The notes under the pieces: generated by a model
Told to the model about the DNA's origin: nothing
Database searches by the model: none
What the model saw: only the letters and a program-made list of their open reading frames with translations
Translations under genes and position numbers: made by a program
In this document: positions 9,819 through 20,553 of the stretch, in pieces
Layout: each line of letters begins with the position of its first letter
Position numbering within the stretch: position 1 is the stretch's first letter
From: an uncultured bacterium
Lineage (GTDB): Bacteria > Zixibacteria > MSB-5A5 > CAIYYT01
Direction of reading: 5' to 3'
DNA: 64,000 nt
Assembly (NCBI GenBank): GCA_963726455.1
Contig: CAVSCK010000001.1
Coordinates: 1 to 64,000 of the forward strand

Positions 9819-12800
9819 CAGTTGCCCCTCTCTTCCCAGGTATCGATGCCGCCTCGTGAAAGTTCACCGGGCCATTTGTGTTCCCCCTCCGTGTCTCCAC
9901 CTTTGTCGCCACCGCCTTCTTTCAGCACTTTCTGAATCAGCGCTTCTTTCTCCTGACGATTTGCCTCGCGAATCTGCCGGTCAGTCTCGCGGTCAAAGTA
10001 TTTGCAGCCGTCGATCCAGGTCTGTTCGACCATCGTGTAGGTCGACAGCGGATTGCCGTTCCAAATCACGAAATCTGCATCCTTGCCGACCTTGATGCTG
10101 CCGGTGTACTTGTCCACTCCAAGCTGCTTGGCATTGTTGATTGTCACCATATTCATGGCGACTTCCGGCTTAACACCGCCGTACAGGATCGTCTTGCCCG
10201 CTTCCTGATTGAGTCGGCGCGCCATTTCCGGATTGTCGGAGTTGATGCCGAAGGTCACGCCCTTTTCGGTCTCCAGCGCCGGATTGTAAGCGGTGCCGTC
10301 GTAGACTTCGAACTTATACGCCCACCAGTCAACAAACCCACCTCCCATCGCGCCATGTTTCGCCATTTCATTGGCGACTTTGTAACCCTCGGAGACATGC
10401 ACGAAGGTGTTGATTTTGACACCATATGATTCCACCAGTCGCATCATCATCAACATTTCGGAGGCGACGTATCCGTGGCAGTGAATCAGCACGCGTGAAT
10501 GGAGCACGTCGACCATCTCGTCGAGGCCGAGATCCTTGCGGGGTGGAATGGTTTTCTTCCTGTCCGAGGCGCTTAAAGCGTTGTACTTGTTCCATTCCTG
10601 TTCATACTCGCGGGCGGCCTGGAATTCATCTTTGACGATTGTTTCGACGCCCATTCGAGTCTGTGGGTAACGAACGGAAAACCGGTCACCGAAGTTGCTC
10701 TGCTTCACGTTTTCGCCGAGCGCAAACTTGATGAGTGGTGACGCCGGTTTGTAAAGAAGCTCATCCGGCGGTGATCCCCACTTGTGTTTGATCACTGCCG
10801 ACTGGCCGCCGATCGGATTTGCGGAACCATGCAGTATGTGCGTCATGGTCACGCCGCCGGCTGCTTCGTAATATATGCTCATGTCTTCGGGATCGATGAT
10901 ATCACCAATGCGCACTTCCGGCGTAATGGCGAAACTCCCCTCGTTGACATCCCCAGCCGCGGCGATATGAGCGTGCGCGTCTATTATTCCGGCAGTAACC
11001 TGCTTGCCTGTGCCGTCGATGATTCGAACACCGGCAGGCGCTTTAAGATTCTGGCCGACAGCAGCTATCTTGCCCTTCAATACCAGTACATCGGCGTTAT
11101 TCAGAATGCCTTCCGCCTCCGATGTCCAGACCGTCGCATTGCGAATCAGCACATCCTCGGATTTGGGCGGCTCAGGCAGGCCATAGAATTTGTTCGGGTA
11201 CGTGAGTTTGGAAATCAGCGGTTGTTCCGGTTCTTCCTTGGCCTTCGCAGAATCTGGCTTTTCCTCGAACGGAGAAGTTCGATCAGCGTTCCATTCCACT
11301 CCAGTACCATCTGCGAGAGTGCACAGTCCGGAAAGTTTCGTTCCTGACATCTTGCCCGAAAATCGCAGCACTCCTTTGAATCCAAGTGTGTCGAGCTCGC
11401 ATGAAAAGCTGAGGTTGTCTTCGTCGACAGTGAGGTCTTTCAGGTCTTTCTTTTTGTCGCCGATTTTTAGTTCGCCCTGTGGTTTGTCGATCTTGCCCTT
11501 GAGATTCATTTGCAGCTTGCTGGCCCCGATTGTGAGATCGAAGCTACCCCGCATATCTGTGCCGGCGATTTCAGCGAATTGTTTTTCCTTGCCGGCAACC
11601 CAGACCGAAAAGATCTTCGCGTCCTTGCTCAAGAGATCGCCATCGCAGACGATGAAGTTGGCCAGTTTGCCTTTATCCAAAGTGCCTGCTTTATCGGATA
11701 TCCCGCATATCTGCGCCGGTACCGTAGTCAGTGCCGCCAGGGCGGTCTCTCTACTCAGTCCGCGTTTGATCGCCAGACGAACATTACCGAGAAAATCAGA
11801 TTTGTCTTTCAATCGATAGGACGTAAATGCGAAAGTGACCTTGTTGTCGGCGAGAATCCGGGGATTAGAGGGCGCCATTTCCCACTGGCGCAGCGTCCCC
11901 AGACTGACATCCAGTTCATCGTCAGCCGTCGCAACCGAGGGCGCTTTGGGATAATTGACCGGCAGAATCACTGTTGCGCCGCTCGCAGCCACTTGTTTGA
12001 TCCATGCATATTCGCTGCCGCTGCCGACTTCTATGAAAGGTATGCCAAATTCTTTGGAGATTTTCTCGGCGCGCAACAGGGACAGTTCATCGTCGGTTTC
12101 GAAGACAGCTCTTTCTCCCTTAAGCGAAGCCAGCGCTTCGATCGCCGAGTTGAACTCCGGCATCTTCTGGCTGGCGTTTAGCTGGAATGCGGCGTGCGCC
12201 TTCTGGTACCAATCAACGTCGTACATCGTTTGACGAATCAGCGCTATGCTCCCCATCAATGAACTGGGATACTCCTGCCGGGACGACCCTTTGTCGAATG
12301 ACATGAACTGCCACGAATACGGGCGCAGCAGCAGATCGTTCGGCAGGCCGTCGCCCAATGTCGTCACAAAACCACGTCCCCGGAATATCCCGTCCAATTT
12401 GGCCGACTGGACAACCGTGATGCCCGATTTCAGGAAATCCTCGGCATCTTTGGAGTTCGGTTTGAACTCCATGACGCAGTTTCTTTCCGCGTGAATGGCG
12501 TCATTCCAGGCGTTGCCGCCGGCTCGATTGCCGAGATATTGTGTGCCTGCCGATTGTTCGGGATCGATCCAGCGGCGAGGTTCCGGCTTTTCAAGTCCAT
12601 AGTTGGTGAACGGGTCGATAAACCCGGGAAAGACTGTCTTGCCCGCAAGGTCGATCACAACGGCATCGGCCGGAATGGCCAGATTCTTTCCGACTGCTTG
12701 AATTCGACCGTCGCTGACGATCAGAGTAGCGCTGTCCAACGTCGATTGCGGAGAGACGACCACTCGAACATTTTTGAAGGCCTTAAGGTCAGGCGTGTTA

Positions 12801-12931
12801 TTTCGCAGCCCCATTGTCGGTGTTGTCTGGGCATTCGATAAAGTGCCCGTTGAGATAGTTGCCGCCACCCAAATCAGAATCAGAAAAAAACCGGCAGCAC
12901 GAAAACTGCCAGGCCGTCCCAAGCGGATCAT
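9818..12931 (-). CDS. Secreted two-domain amidohydrolase-family protein
   Basis: Two amidohydrolase repeats: PGFIDPFTN (no HxH) and AGIIDAHAH (metal-binding). AGGAG RBS before MIRLGRPGS. Confidence 0.87.
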   Translation of the reverse strand: MIRLGRPGSFRAAGFFLILIWVAATISTGTLSNAQTTPTMGLRNNTPDLKAFKNVRVVVSPQSTLDSATLIVSDGRIQAVGKNLAIPADAVVIDLAGKTVFPGFIDPFTNYGLEKPEPRRWIDPEQSAGTQYLGNRAGGNAWNDAIHAERNCVMEFKPNSKDAEDFLKSGITVVQSAKLDGIFRGRGFVTTLGDGLPNDLLLRPYSWQFMSFDKGSSRQEYPSSLMGSIALIRQTMYDVDWYQKAHAAFQLNASQKMPEFNSAIEALASLKGERAVFETDDELSLLRAEKISKEFGIPFIEVGSGSEYAWIKQVAASGATVILPVNYPKAPSVATADDELDVSLGTLRQWEMAPSNPRILADNKVTFAFTSYRLKDKSDFLGNVRLAIKRGLSRETALAALTTVPAQICGISDKAGTLDKGKLANFIVCDGDLLSKDAKIFSVWVAGKEKQFAEIAGTDMRGSFDLTIGASKLQMNLKGKIDKPQGELKIGDKKKDLKDLTVDEDNLSFSCELDTLGFKGVLRFSGKMSGTKLSGLCTLADGTGVEWNADRTSPFEEKPDSAKAKEEPEQPLISKLTYPNKFYGLPEPPKSEDVLIRNATVWTSEAEGILNNADVLVLKGKIAAVGQNLKAPAGVRIIDGTGKQVTAGIIDAHAHIAAAGDVNEGSFAITPEVRIGDIIDPEDMSIYYEAAGGVTMTHILHGSANPIGGQSAVIKHKWGSPPDELLYKPASPLIKFALGENVKQSNFGDRFSVRYPQTRMGVETIVKDEFQAAREYEQEWNKYNALSASDRKKTIPPRKDLGLDEMVDVLHSRVLIHCHGYVASEMLMMMRLVESYGVKINTFVHVSEGYKVANEMAKHGAMGGGFVDWWAYKFEVYDGTAYNPALETEKGVTFGINSDNPEMARRLNQEAGKTILYGGVKPEVAMNMVTINNAKQLGVDKYTGSIKVGKDADFVIWNGNPLSTYTMVEQTWIDGCKYFDRETDRQIREANRQEKEALIQKVLKEGGGDKGGDTEGEHKWPGELSRGGIDTWEERGN

Positions 12932-13193
12932 AGCAAAACTCCTGTCATATATGAAGCGAAAGCACTTGTCTGCCCTGTATGCATAACTAATTCGGAGACA
13001 AGCAGCAACGGGTTTTTGCGGACTGAATTGGTGCACTTATAGTCTTGAATTGGGGTGGGGGCAGGACACTGGGAACGAAAATTGTATAAGAATTGTCTGA
13101 AATTGTGCCGAACGAGAGTTACTTGATTCCCGCAATCTTGAGATAACTTTAATGTCAATGTCGATATCTTCCGGTACGTAAGATAGTAAAGCT

Positions 13194-13700
13194 ATGGCTG
13201 TTCGAGAAATCCTGTTGCTCGGCAATCCGGGCCTGTATGTTGCGTCGAAACCGGTTGCTCGTGAGGAACTTCCCCAGTTGAGGTCGGTCGTCGAGGATCT
13301 GCATGACACCTTGCTGGACTTTCGGGCCCGCTACGGCGCCGGCCGCGCGATTGCAGCTCCACAGATCGGCGTCCATAAGCGGCTCATCTACATGCTTGTC
13401 GATGAACCGGTGGTATTCGTCAATCCGGTAATCGATATCAAGAGCGCGGACACTTTCGAAGTCTGGGATGACTGCATGTCCTTCCCCGACTTGCTTGTCA
13501 AAGTCAAACGCCACCGGGGTTGTCGGGTTAGCTACCGTGACCTGGACTGGAACGAGTGCTCTCTGATCGCCGAAAATTCCCTCGCCGAACTCGTCCAGCA
13601 CGAATACGATCACCTGGACGGTATACTAGCGGTAGCGCGGGCGATCGACCGGCAATCGTTCGCCCTGAAAAGCCAGCGAGATTTCCTGGCGGGTAAGTGA
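13194..13700 (+). CDS. def: Peptide deformylase (variant motifs)
   Basis: GRAIAAPQIG, WDDCMSFP and QHEYDHLDG. Confidence 0.9.
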   Translation: MAVREILLLGNPGLYVASKPVAREELPQLRSVVEDLHDTLLDFRARYGAGRAIAAPQIGVHKRLIYMLVDEPVVFVNPVIDIKSADTFEVWDDCMSFPDLLVKVKRHRGCRVSYRDLDWNECSLIAENSLAELVQHEYDHLDGILAVARAIDRQSFALKSQRDFLAGK

Positions 13701-13884
13701 AGTCCGGGTCATGGACAAAACCAAACTCCAACGATCTTCAGCCGGTTCGATCAAGGGGCAAACTCTTGCCGGTTATCCCGCAAAAAAACCGCCAAATACG
13801 ACTCTTTATGCCAAGATATGACTTGCATTGACGCTAAAGAACAATATATTCGAAAGGGCTAGTAACCAGAAAGGACGGCTAGAA

Positions 13885-14619
13885 ATGTTACCTGACAGCC
13901 AGGACGCATACGGTCATGAAATATTTGACCATATGCAGGGGAAAACGGTCTTGGAGATTGTGGAGCGGGACGACCGCTACATTGAGATCAATACCGGTCC
14001 CAAGATTTATTTTGCTCCGTACAAGGATTGGCCTGACCATGAGAAGCAGGCGATCAAGTATGCCAAAGGAAGAGTACTTGATGTGGGATGCGGCGCCGGC
14101 CGGGTGCTCCTGCATCTGCAGGAGAAAAACCAGGAATGCACGGGTATCGATGTCTCAACGTTGGCGGTCAAAGTCTGCCGCGAACGCGGAGTTCGTGATG
14201 CGCGCGTATTGTCCGTAACGCGCATTGGGCCACAACTGGGGAAATTCGATTCCGTGGTAATGTTCGGAGCCAACTTCGGATTGTTCGGCGGCAAGAAGCG
14301 GTCGGAATGGTTGCTGGAGAAATTCCGGCGCGTCACCAACCCGGGTGCGCATCTGATTCTCACCGCAAATGACCCATACGCGACCACTGATCCGGATCAT
14401 CTGAATTATCAGAAATTCAACGCCCGCCGTAGCCGCATGGCCGGTCAGATTCGCCTGCGCATTCGTTACAAGAAGTATCAGACTCCGTGGTTTGATTACC
14501 TGATGGCGTCGCAATCTGAGATGGCGGGCATGTTCAAAGGCACTTGCTGGAAGCCGATCAAGTTCATCCCCTCGGGTGGCTCTTATTATGCCGCCGTACT
14601 CGAAAAAACAGAGGAGTAA
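13885..14619 (+). CDS. Class I SAM-dependent methyltransferase
   Basis: RVLDVGCGAGR...GIDVS; AAAGGA RBS. Confidence 0.85.
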   Translation: MLPDSQDAYGHEIFDHMQGKTVLEIVERDDRYIEINTGPKIYFAPYKDWPDHEKQAIKYAKGRVLDVGCGAGRVLLHLQEKNQECTGIDVSTLAVKVCRERGVRDARVLSVTRIGPQLGKFDSVVMFGANFGLFGGKKRSEWLLEKFRRVTNPGAHLILTANDPYATTDPDHLNYQKFNARRSRMAGQIRLRIRYKKYQTPWFDYLMASQSEMAGMFKGTCWKPIKFIPSGGSYYAAVLEKTEE

Positions 14620-14670
14620 TCGAAGGGCGTTGACGATACCGAGTTAACGATTAGTGCCCCGAAACATTTC

Positions 14671-14709
14671 GCCCCACTGCTCTTATGAGCGGTGGGGCAT
14701 TTCTTTTTT
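14671..14709 (+). terminator. Intrinsic terminator between convergent genes
   Basis: GCCCCACTGCTC-ttat-GAGCGGTGGGGC followed by ATTTCTTTTTT. Confidence 0.75.
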
Positions 14710-14771
14710 GTGGGATGGCGGCTCAGTCCGCATCGATGCTGCCGGAACTCAGTTCGTACTCTTGACTGAGC

Positions 14772-17010
14772 TCAGCAACTGGCGCAAGGCGAAGGCCCGC
14801 CTCCAAAGATATAGTTGATCAAATAGACTGCATCGGAAATGTCGATGGAACTGCTACAATCGGCATCGCCGGCCAGCAGCGGATTTGGCGCCGCCCCGCC
14901 AGCGAATATGTACTGGATCAGATATACCACATCGGAAACATCGACACTATTCGAACGGTCTGCGTCGCCACACACATACGAAGGAATGTTCGGGTTTACC
15001 GTGAGAGCGAAATCCTGCGGCACCGAATCCTGTGGTGAGTTGGAATCAGTGAGCATGATTGTGAAATAGAATGTCGCAGCATACGTGGGCGTGCCCGAGA
15101 GTACACCGACGGTATCGCCCTCGAAAGTTAAACCGTACGGCAAATCGCCGCCCCATAAAGTCCAGTAATAGGGGGCTTTGCCGCCCACGGCTTGCAAGCG
15201 CTGATAATATGGCTCATTGATCTTTGGACTTGGCAGTTGAGGCGTCGTAAAGTGCATCGAGAACGGCACCGTCGAGACGGATCTCAGAATCCATTTCTGT
15301 TGGTCGAAGATTACGCTGGTGACGGAGTCTGCAAAGTGCAAAGAGTAGAATTGTCCCCGGCCTTCATTCCAGATCACCGTATCGATCGTTCCACCGGTCG
15401 TGACGAAACGATGTTTGATTGGCATCTTGAAATACGTGTGGCTCGTTTGTAGCTGGTCTATATAGTAGTTCAGGTTGTAGCCGCCGGCGACCGTATCGCG
15501 ATCGCACTGGTACGAAATCTGGTAATTCGGGCTACCGTCGCCGTAGATCCACTGATGAATAAACCAGTTCATGTCGGTGCCGACACTGGTGCTGAGGACG
15601 TCAGCAAAATCCTCGGTAGTCGCTGAGCCATAACGGAACGGCGAAAACGCCCAGTCCTTCATCGCCCGGAAGAAGGCAGAATCCCCGACCACTCCACGCA
15701 ACATGTGCATGACCCAGGCGCCCTTGTTGTAGGTCAGATTGCCGTCGAAGATCACCTGAGTTGCCGGATCCTCAACATAAATCGTTCCCTCACCGAGATA
15801 TTCCTGCGTGGCGAGATTGGCGAAATATGCCGACTGCCCGTAGACCGCCTCGTAATAGATTGATTCGGTGTAAGTCCCCATGCCTTCATTCAACCAGATA
15901 TGGTTGTAGGTCTTGCAAGTGATCATGTCGCCCCACCACTGGTGGGCGTTTTCATGAATCAGCAGATAGGTCGGATCATAGTACGAAAACGACTCGTGCA
16001 TGGAGCAGGTCTGGTGCTCCATCGTTCCCCAGCTTCCGGTGTTGGCATTGCCTAGTTTTTCGTTAACGAATGGGTATATGCCAAACGCGTTGCTGTAAAT
16101 ATTCAGGACCGGTATCGTCAGGGCGTCGAAGACGTTCTTTGAAGCATAATCGTTGGGCAGAGGTGTAGCTGTACACCGGCATTGTGTGCCCGTCATAAGT
16201 CCAGGTCGTTGTGGTGACGTCAAAATCGGCGCAAGTCAGCGCTATCAGATACGTTGTGATCGGATACATGTGCTTGTAGTGAATGAGCTTCCGCCCGCCG
16301 CCGATGTCGGTATTGCTCACAATTACGCCGTTGGATGCTACGTCATAGTTGGACGGGTACTCGATGTACATGTCCAGCGAATCTGCCTTGTCTTCCGGTG
16401 TGTCCTTGCACGGCCACCAGTTGCGCGCATAGAATGGTTCGCAGGAAGTGAAACATATCCAGTAGCCGTTCTTGTAGTCAAACCCCATTCCGCCGTCGGT
16501 ATATCCCCAGCCATAATATGGGTAGCCATGGTAGAACACCTTCATGGCAAACTCCGTGCCGTTGGAATAAGAAGAGGGAAGGGTTATTGCCACAATGCCG
16601 GCAACATGGCTGAAGGTCAGCTTCTGGCTGCCCACCTTTACGGAGTCAACATTCAATTGATCGTGCAAGTTCAGATCGACTGAATTCAGGCCGTTTATCA
16701 GCGATTTCAGGCGATAATCTACATAGCCGCTGATGGAACTGCCTGAAAAGTTCAGACTGACGTGCAATCCGTAGTAGCGAACATCATAGTTCGCTTGATT
16801 GGCGTTGACATAGAGCTTTTCGTTGAGTAGAGCTGCTTTGATCGAGCGCTCCCTGCGGTCGGATTCGAGATGGTAGAACTGCAGGCGCTCCTGCTTGACC
16901 GAGTCGATTTGTGCCTGCGTCAAGTTACGTATATCGCGGTTACGGTATTGCGCATTCACGCTGCCCGCGAGCAACAGCAGCGCCAGCGCAAAAAAGACAA
17001 CTCTTTTCAT
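14772..17010 (-). CDS. Secreted M1-family zinc aminopeptidase with Ig-like and dockerin-like C-terminal domains; single frameshift near 16161 (probably a sequencing error)
   Basis: ARNWWPCKDTPEDKA, GTMEH, HENAH...WLNEG, YNKGAWVMHMLR. The frames join at VYSYT/LPNDYAS. Confidence 0.85.
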
Positions 17011-17135
17011 AAGGCCCTCCGGAAGACTAACTGGAATATACACAGAATAGACGGATTTCCTAGCGGAATGTTCGGTCATATGCCGCTAGGAAAAGAGGGC
17101 CTCAGCGATAGACATTCCTCTGTTCTACAGTGCGA

Positions 17136-19640
17136 TCACCACACGCAGTGCGGCGCCGGTCCGCCGGAAAAAATGTAGTCGATCAGAAACACGGCATCAG
17201 AGATATCTGCGTACCCGTCACCGTTGGCATCTCCGCGACCGTATTCCACTCCGCAAGACGTTCCCGGCGCAGCTCCGCCGGCATAGATGTACTGAATTAA
17301 GAACACTGCGTCGCTTTGATCTACGAAGTCATCAGAGTTGGCATCGCCACAGTGAATGCAAGGACAGTCCGCCCAGGACGCGACAATATTTTCGTCAACC
17401 TCTTTGTGAAACTGAGCGGACGTTTGTCCATGGTTATCAATCGCGGACACGTAGATGACTCTCGTCCCATATCGCGACACGTTATCATTAAGCATGAAGT
17501 ACGTCGGATTGACAGAGGGATCCGAAAAGGTGCCGAGATCAGACGGAGTACACGTCCAAGCGTACCCTGCAATCGACTTTCCCGGATCATTCGCTATGGC
17601 CATCAGCGGTCTTGAGACATAAGGTATGAGACAACTGTCACCATCTGGAAAGACTATGGCCGTAACTATCGGAGCGTAGTTGACTATCCCCCGGTCGACC
17701 GTAACCCAGTTCTTTGAGACATAGGTGTTCGAAGTGCCGTAAATCGAAGTTGCGGTGATGCGCACCTCATATGTCCCACTCGGAGCCGATGGAGTCGGGT
17801 TCCACTGACAATTCTTGAGTCCGGGGGGCTGGTTGAGATTCGTCTGAATGCCGTAGCGGGTCGAATTACAGAAATATTCAATTGTCAAGTCGGCATAGTC
17901 GGTCGTGAAATACTGAGCCCAAAGGAAATCGGGCGAACCGGTGTTAAGTCTCGGCACATACCCGGCGCCGCTCGACAGAATATCGACACCGCTTACCAGC
18001 CGCCGCACTCCGGTTGTGCCGCCCCATTTCTCAGTTAGAATCGCTTCTGCGAATGCTGGAAGCGGAGTGGGATACACTCCCTCACCAGCGTACTGGTAGG
18101 CCTGGCTGAACGATATACTATATGGGTAAAGATATTCACCGTCGCCATCCCCTTCGCCGCCGTGAATGGCCAACAATCGGAGTTGCGGGTCGAACTTGTA
18201 CATCTTCCCCTTTTCGGTATCGACGACCCATACCTGACCCTTGTTGTCAACGGCCACATCCGTCGCGGTTGCAATCGGGTCCGGGAAATTGAAAGCCGTT
18301 GAAACCGTTGGCGAAACAGACATGGGATTTGAGATCTGGAGTATACGGCTGCCGGCCCTGTCGATCAGATATGCCATTAAGATGTTCTTTGCGCTGCTGA
18401 GCGGATTCCTCGCAAAACTGACGGCGACTGGTTGGTTTATGACATACATACTGCCGGCCAATCCATTCAAGGTAGTGAAGCGACGGAACGGCTGGCATGA
18501 GGTTGGATCGCAGAAAGTGGCGATACTGTTGCTTCCATTCTCCGCTACGATCAGATGCCCGTCCATGGTTACGTCGAGATCAATCGGGTCATTGAGTGTT
18601 TGGTTGACAATCCACTCCAAGGCGACATGACCGTTGTAACTATCTTCCAATCCAATGACTTTGATGCGATTATTTCCCCGATCACACACGTACAGATAGC
18701 CCCAGGAACGGAACTCCAGTCCTCCCGGCATGGCAAAATCGTCAATATTGTTGCCGCTCCCTTGTCTGCCTTTGGCTGTGATATAGTCGGCTATCTGGTC
18801 GGCGACCACGAATCGTTGCCAACAGTGATCGCTGACAGCGGCTACAGACACCGTGCGATCTATCAATGGATCGCCTTGATACCAGAAGGAAGACGTGTTG
18901 CCGGCGCAGCTAAACACCCGCCCACCGAGCATCGATTCGGCTACCGGTTTGGTAAATCGCCTGATCCCGCTGCCCTGGTCGAACCATCGCTCGATAAGGA
19001 GATTGACGGCCGTATGCTGCACCCAGTCCGAATACTCGTCGTAGCCGGGTATTGTTTTCGAATCGATTGACGCACGTCGTCTCTGCAACTCGCCTTTCAT
19101 GTCACTCAGGTAGTCGCGCACTATTTGGATTGCCGGCCCAAGATCAGAAAGGCACCAGCGGTTTTCAATCTTGGCAAATTGGAGCGAATAGTGAGACCTG
19201 TCCCTTCCCGGCTGAACAATGCTGGACCACTCTGCAACAAGGTTTGCGGTGGCCAGATTCCCGCTGACAATAACGGTGTCAACAGCCACGTTCAGCCAAT
19301 CGAGGGCTCCGCTGACCCATCCCGGATGTTCGGTCTGAACCGAGGGATAATAGGATTGCGCAACTGCAAACAACGAGTCAAGACTAGTCTGGTAATTGGC
19401 CGGAATCTTGTAGTCTGACGCACCATCCTTGTCCGTGCTTGCCAGCATTTCCGCTATCGAAGGAGAGCTGAATTGCTGGAAACCCTGCAACAAGAGCGCC
19501 ACCCCTTGAATCACATTCGATTCGTCAGAAACGTGACGAGACCTGCTACCGCCGAGGCGATCAATTTGGTCATAAGTGACTGCGCCAAATAACGGTTGCG
19601 CACAGGATAATACCAGCAGACTAATTGTCTTTCGCCACAT
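17136..19640 (-). CDS. Secreted NHL/beta-propeller protein with Ig/PKD-like and dockerin-like domains
   Basis: LYVCDRGNNRIKV, LNDPIDLDV, ATDVAVDNKGQVWVVD and GEGDGDGEYLYP NHL-type repeats; CGDANSD...GDANGDG dockerin. Confidence 0.75.
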   Translation of the reverse strand: MWRKTISLLVLSCAQPLFGAVTYDQIDRLGGSRSRHVSDESNVIQGVALLLQGFQQFSSPSIAEMLASTDKDGASDYKIPANYQTSLDSLFAVAQSYYPSVQTEHPGWVSGALDWLNVAVDTVIVSGNLATANLVAEWSSIVQPGRDRSHYSLQFAKIENRWCLSDLGPAIQIVRDYLSDMKGELQRRRASIDSKTIPGYDEYSDWVQHTAVNLLIERWFDQGSGIRRFTKPVAESMLGGRVFSCAGNTSSFWYQGDPLIDRTVSVAAVSDHCWQRFVVADQIADYITAKGRQGSGNNIDDFAMPGGLEFRSWGYLYVCDRGNNRIKVIGLEDSYNGHVALEWIVNQTLNDPIDLDVTMDGHLIVAENGSNSIATFCDPTSCQPFRRFTTLNGLAGSMYVINQPVAVSFARNPLSSAKNILMAYLIDRAGSRILQISNPMSVSPTVSTAFNFPDPIATATDVAVDNKGQVWVVDTEKGKMYKFDPQLRLLAIHGGEGDGDGEYLYPYSISFSQAYQYAGEGVYPTPLPAFAEAILTEKWGGTTGVRRLVSGVDILSSGAGYVPRLNTGSPDFLWAQYFTTDYADLTIEYFCNSTRYGIQTNLNQPPGLKNCQWNPTPSAPSGTYEVRITATSIYGTSNTYVSKNWVTVDRGIVNYAPIVTAIVFPDGDSCLIPYVSRPLMAIANDPGKSIAGYAWTCTPSDLGTFSDPSVNPTYFMLNDNVSRYGTRVIYVSAIDNHGQTSAQFHKEVDENIVASWADCPCIHCGDANSDDFVDQSDAVFLIQYIYAGGAAPGTSCGVEYGRGDANGDGYADISDAVFLIDYIFSGGPAPHCVW

Positions 19641-20553
19641 CTTTCATCACCTCCTCGTATAGATTCATCTTGTGATTTACCCGCAGCAGTCCCTTAAGAA
19701 GATATGGAAAATACTTGTCGTGAAAGAGTGCGCGGTATTCCAGCATGGTAGTTTTGAACTCGTTTTCTCCCGCCGCCCGCAATAATACCGACAGCGCACA
19801 CAATCCCGCCTTTCCTTCGGCACAGCGGTCTAGCACCAATCGAGCGTCGCTGACTCTCCTGGCAACAACCTTTTCTTCGTCCATATCCGACAGCAAGAGA
19901 ATACTGCCAAATCTCGAGCAGAAGGACGTGTTGAAACGATCGACATAAGCCCGCCGGAAAACGTCAATAGCGGTTTCATTGGAATTCGGCGGAGGAGGTG
20001 TACTCCAGGCCAATGAAAGGCCCCGGAGAACCGATTCCTCTTGGGCATTTAGCGGAACTACGCGAAAATTGATCGGGGCGACGGGATAGTCACGGAAATA
20101 GATTGCCTCCATTACATACTGGCCAACTGCAATATGCAATGGATATGGCGATTCTGGATCAGGCTCGCTATAGCCGTCCGTGGGTGTGATCAAGAACATA
20201 ACGGTATCTCCCGGAGCCAACCGCACAGAGTCCTCCCGGCTGGATTCGGCCGGACCCATATACCGCCGCGGATCGCCACCCTCTCTTCGGAAATCCATGC
20301 GGAGTGCATCGCCGCGACTGCGTCCGTCCGCGTAAGGGACTACAGCTTCGACAACATCAGTATTCACAACAAAAAGGTAGACGGAAATCTGCTCACAAAA
20401 CCTAAATTCAGAGCGCGGGGTCTCCATCCACACTTTCAGTCTTGGGGCGGACGGAGCAGGCAGCGACAAAAACGTCGTGATGATCGTCGTCGCCGACAAG
20501 ATCCACTTTAGTCCATAAGTCACTTTGAAGCTCAACATCTCATTTCTCCTCAC
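19621..20553 (-). CDS. Hypothetical exported protein
   Basis: 310-aa ORF with hydrophobic N-terminus, overlapping both neighbours. Confidence 0.65.
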   Translation of the reverse strand: MRRNEMLSFKVTYGLKWILSATTIITTFLSLPAPSAPRLKVWMETPRSEFRFCEQISVYLFVVNTDVVEAVVPYADGRSRGDALRMDFRREGGDPRRYMGPAESSREDSVRLAPGDTVMFLITPTDGYSEPDPESPYPLHIAVGQYVMEAIYFRDYPVAPINFRVVPLNAQEESVLRGLSLAWSTPPPPNSNETAIDVFRRAYVDRFNTSFCSRFGSILLLSDMDEEKVVARRVSDARLVLDRCAEGKAGLCALSVLLRAAGENEFKTTMLEYRALFHDKYFPYLLKGLLRVNHKMNLYEEVMKDVAKDN

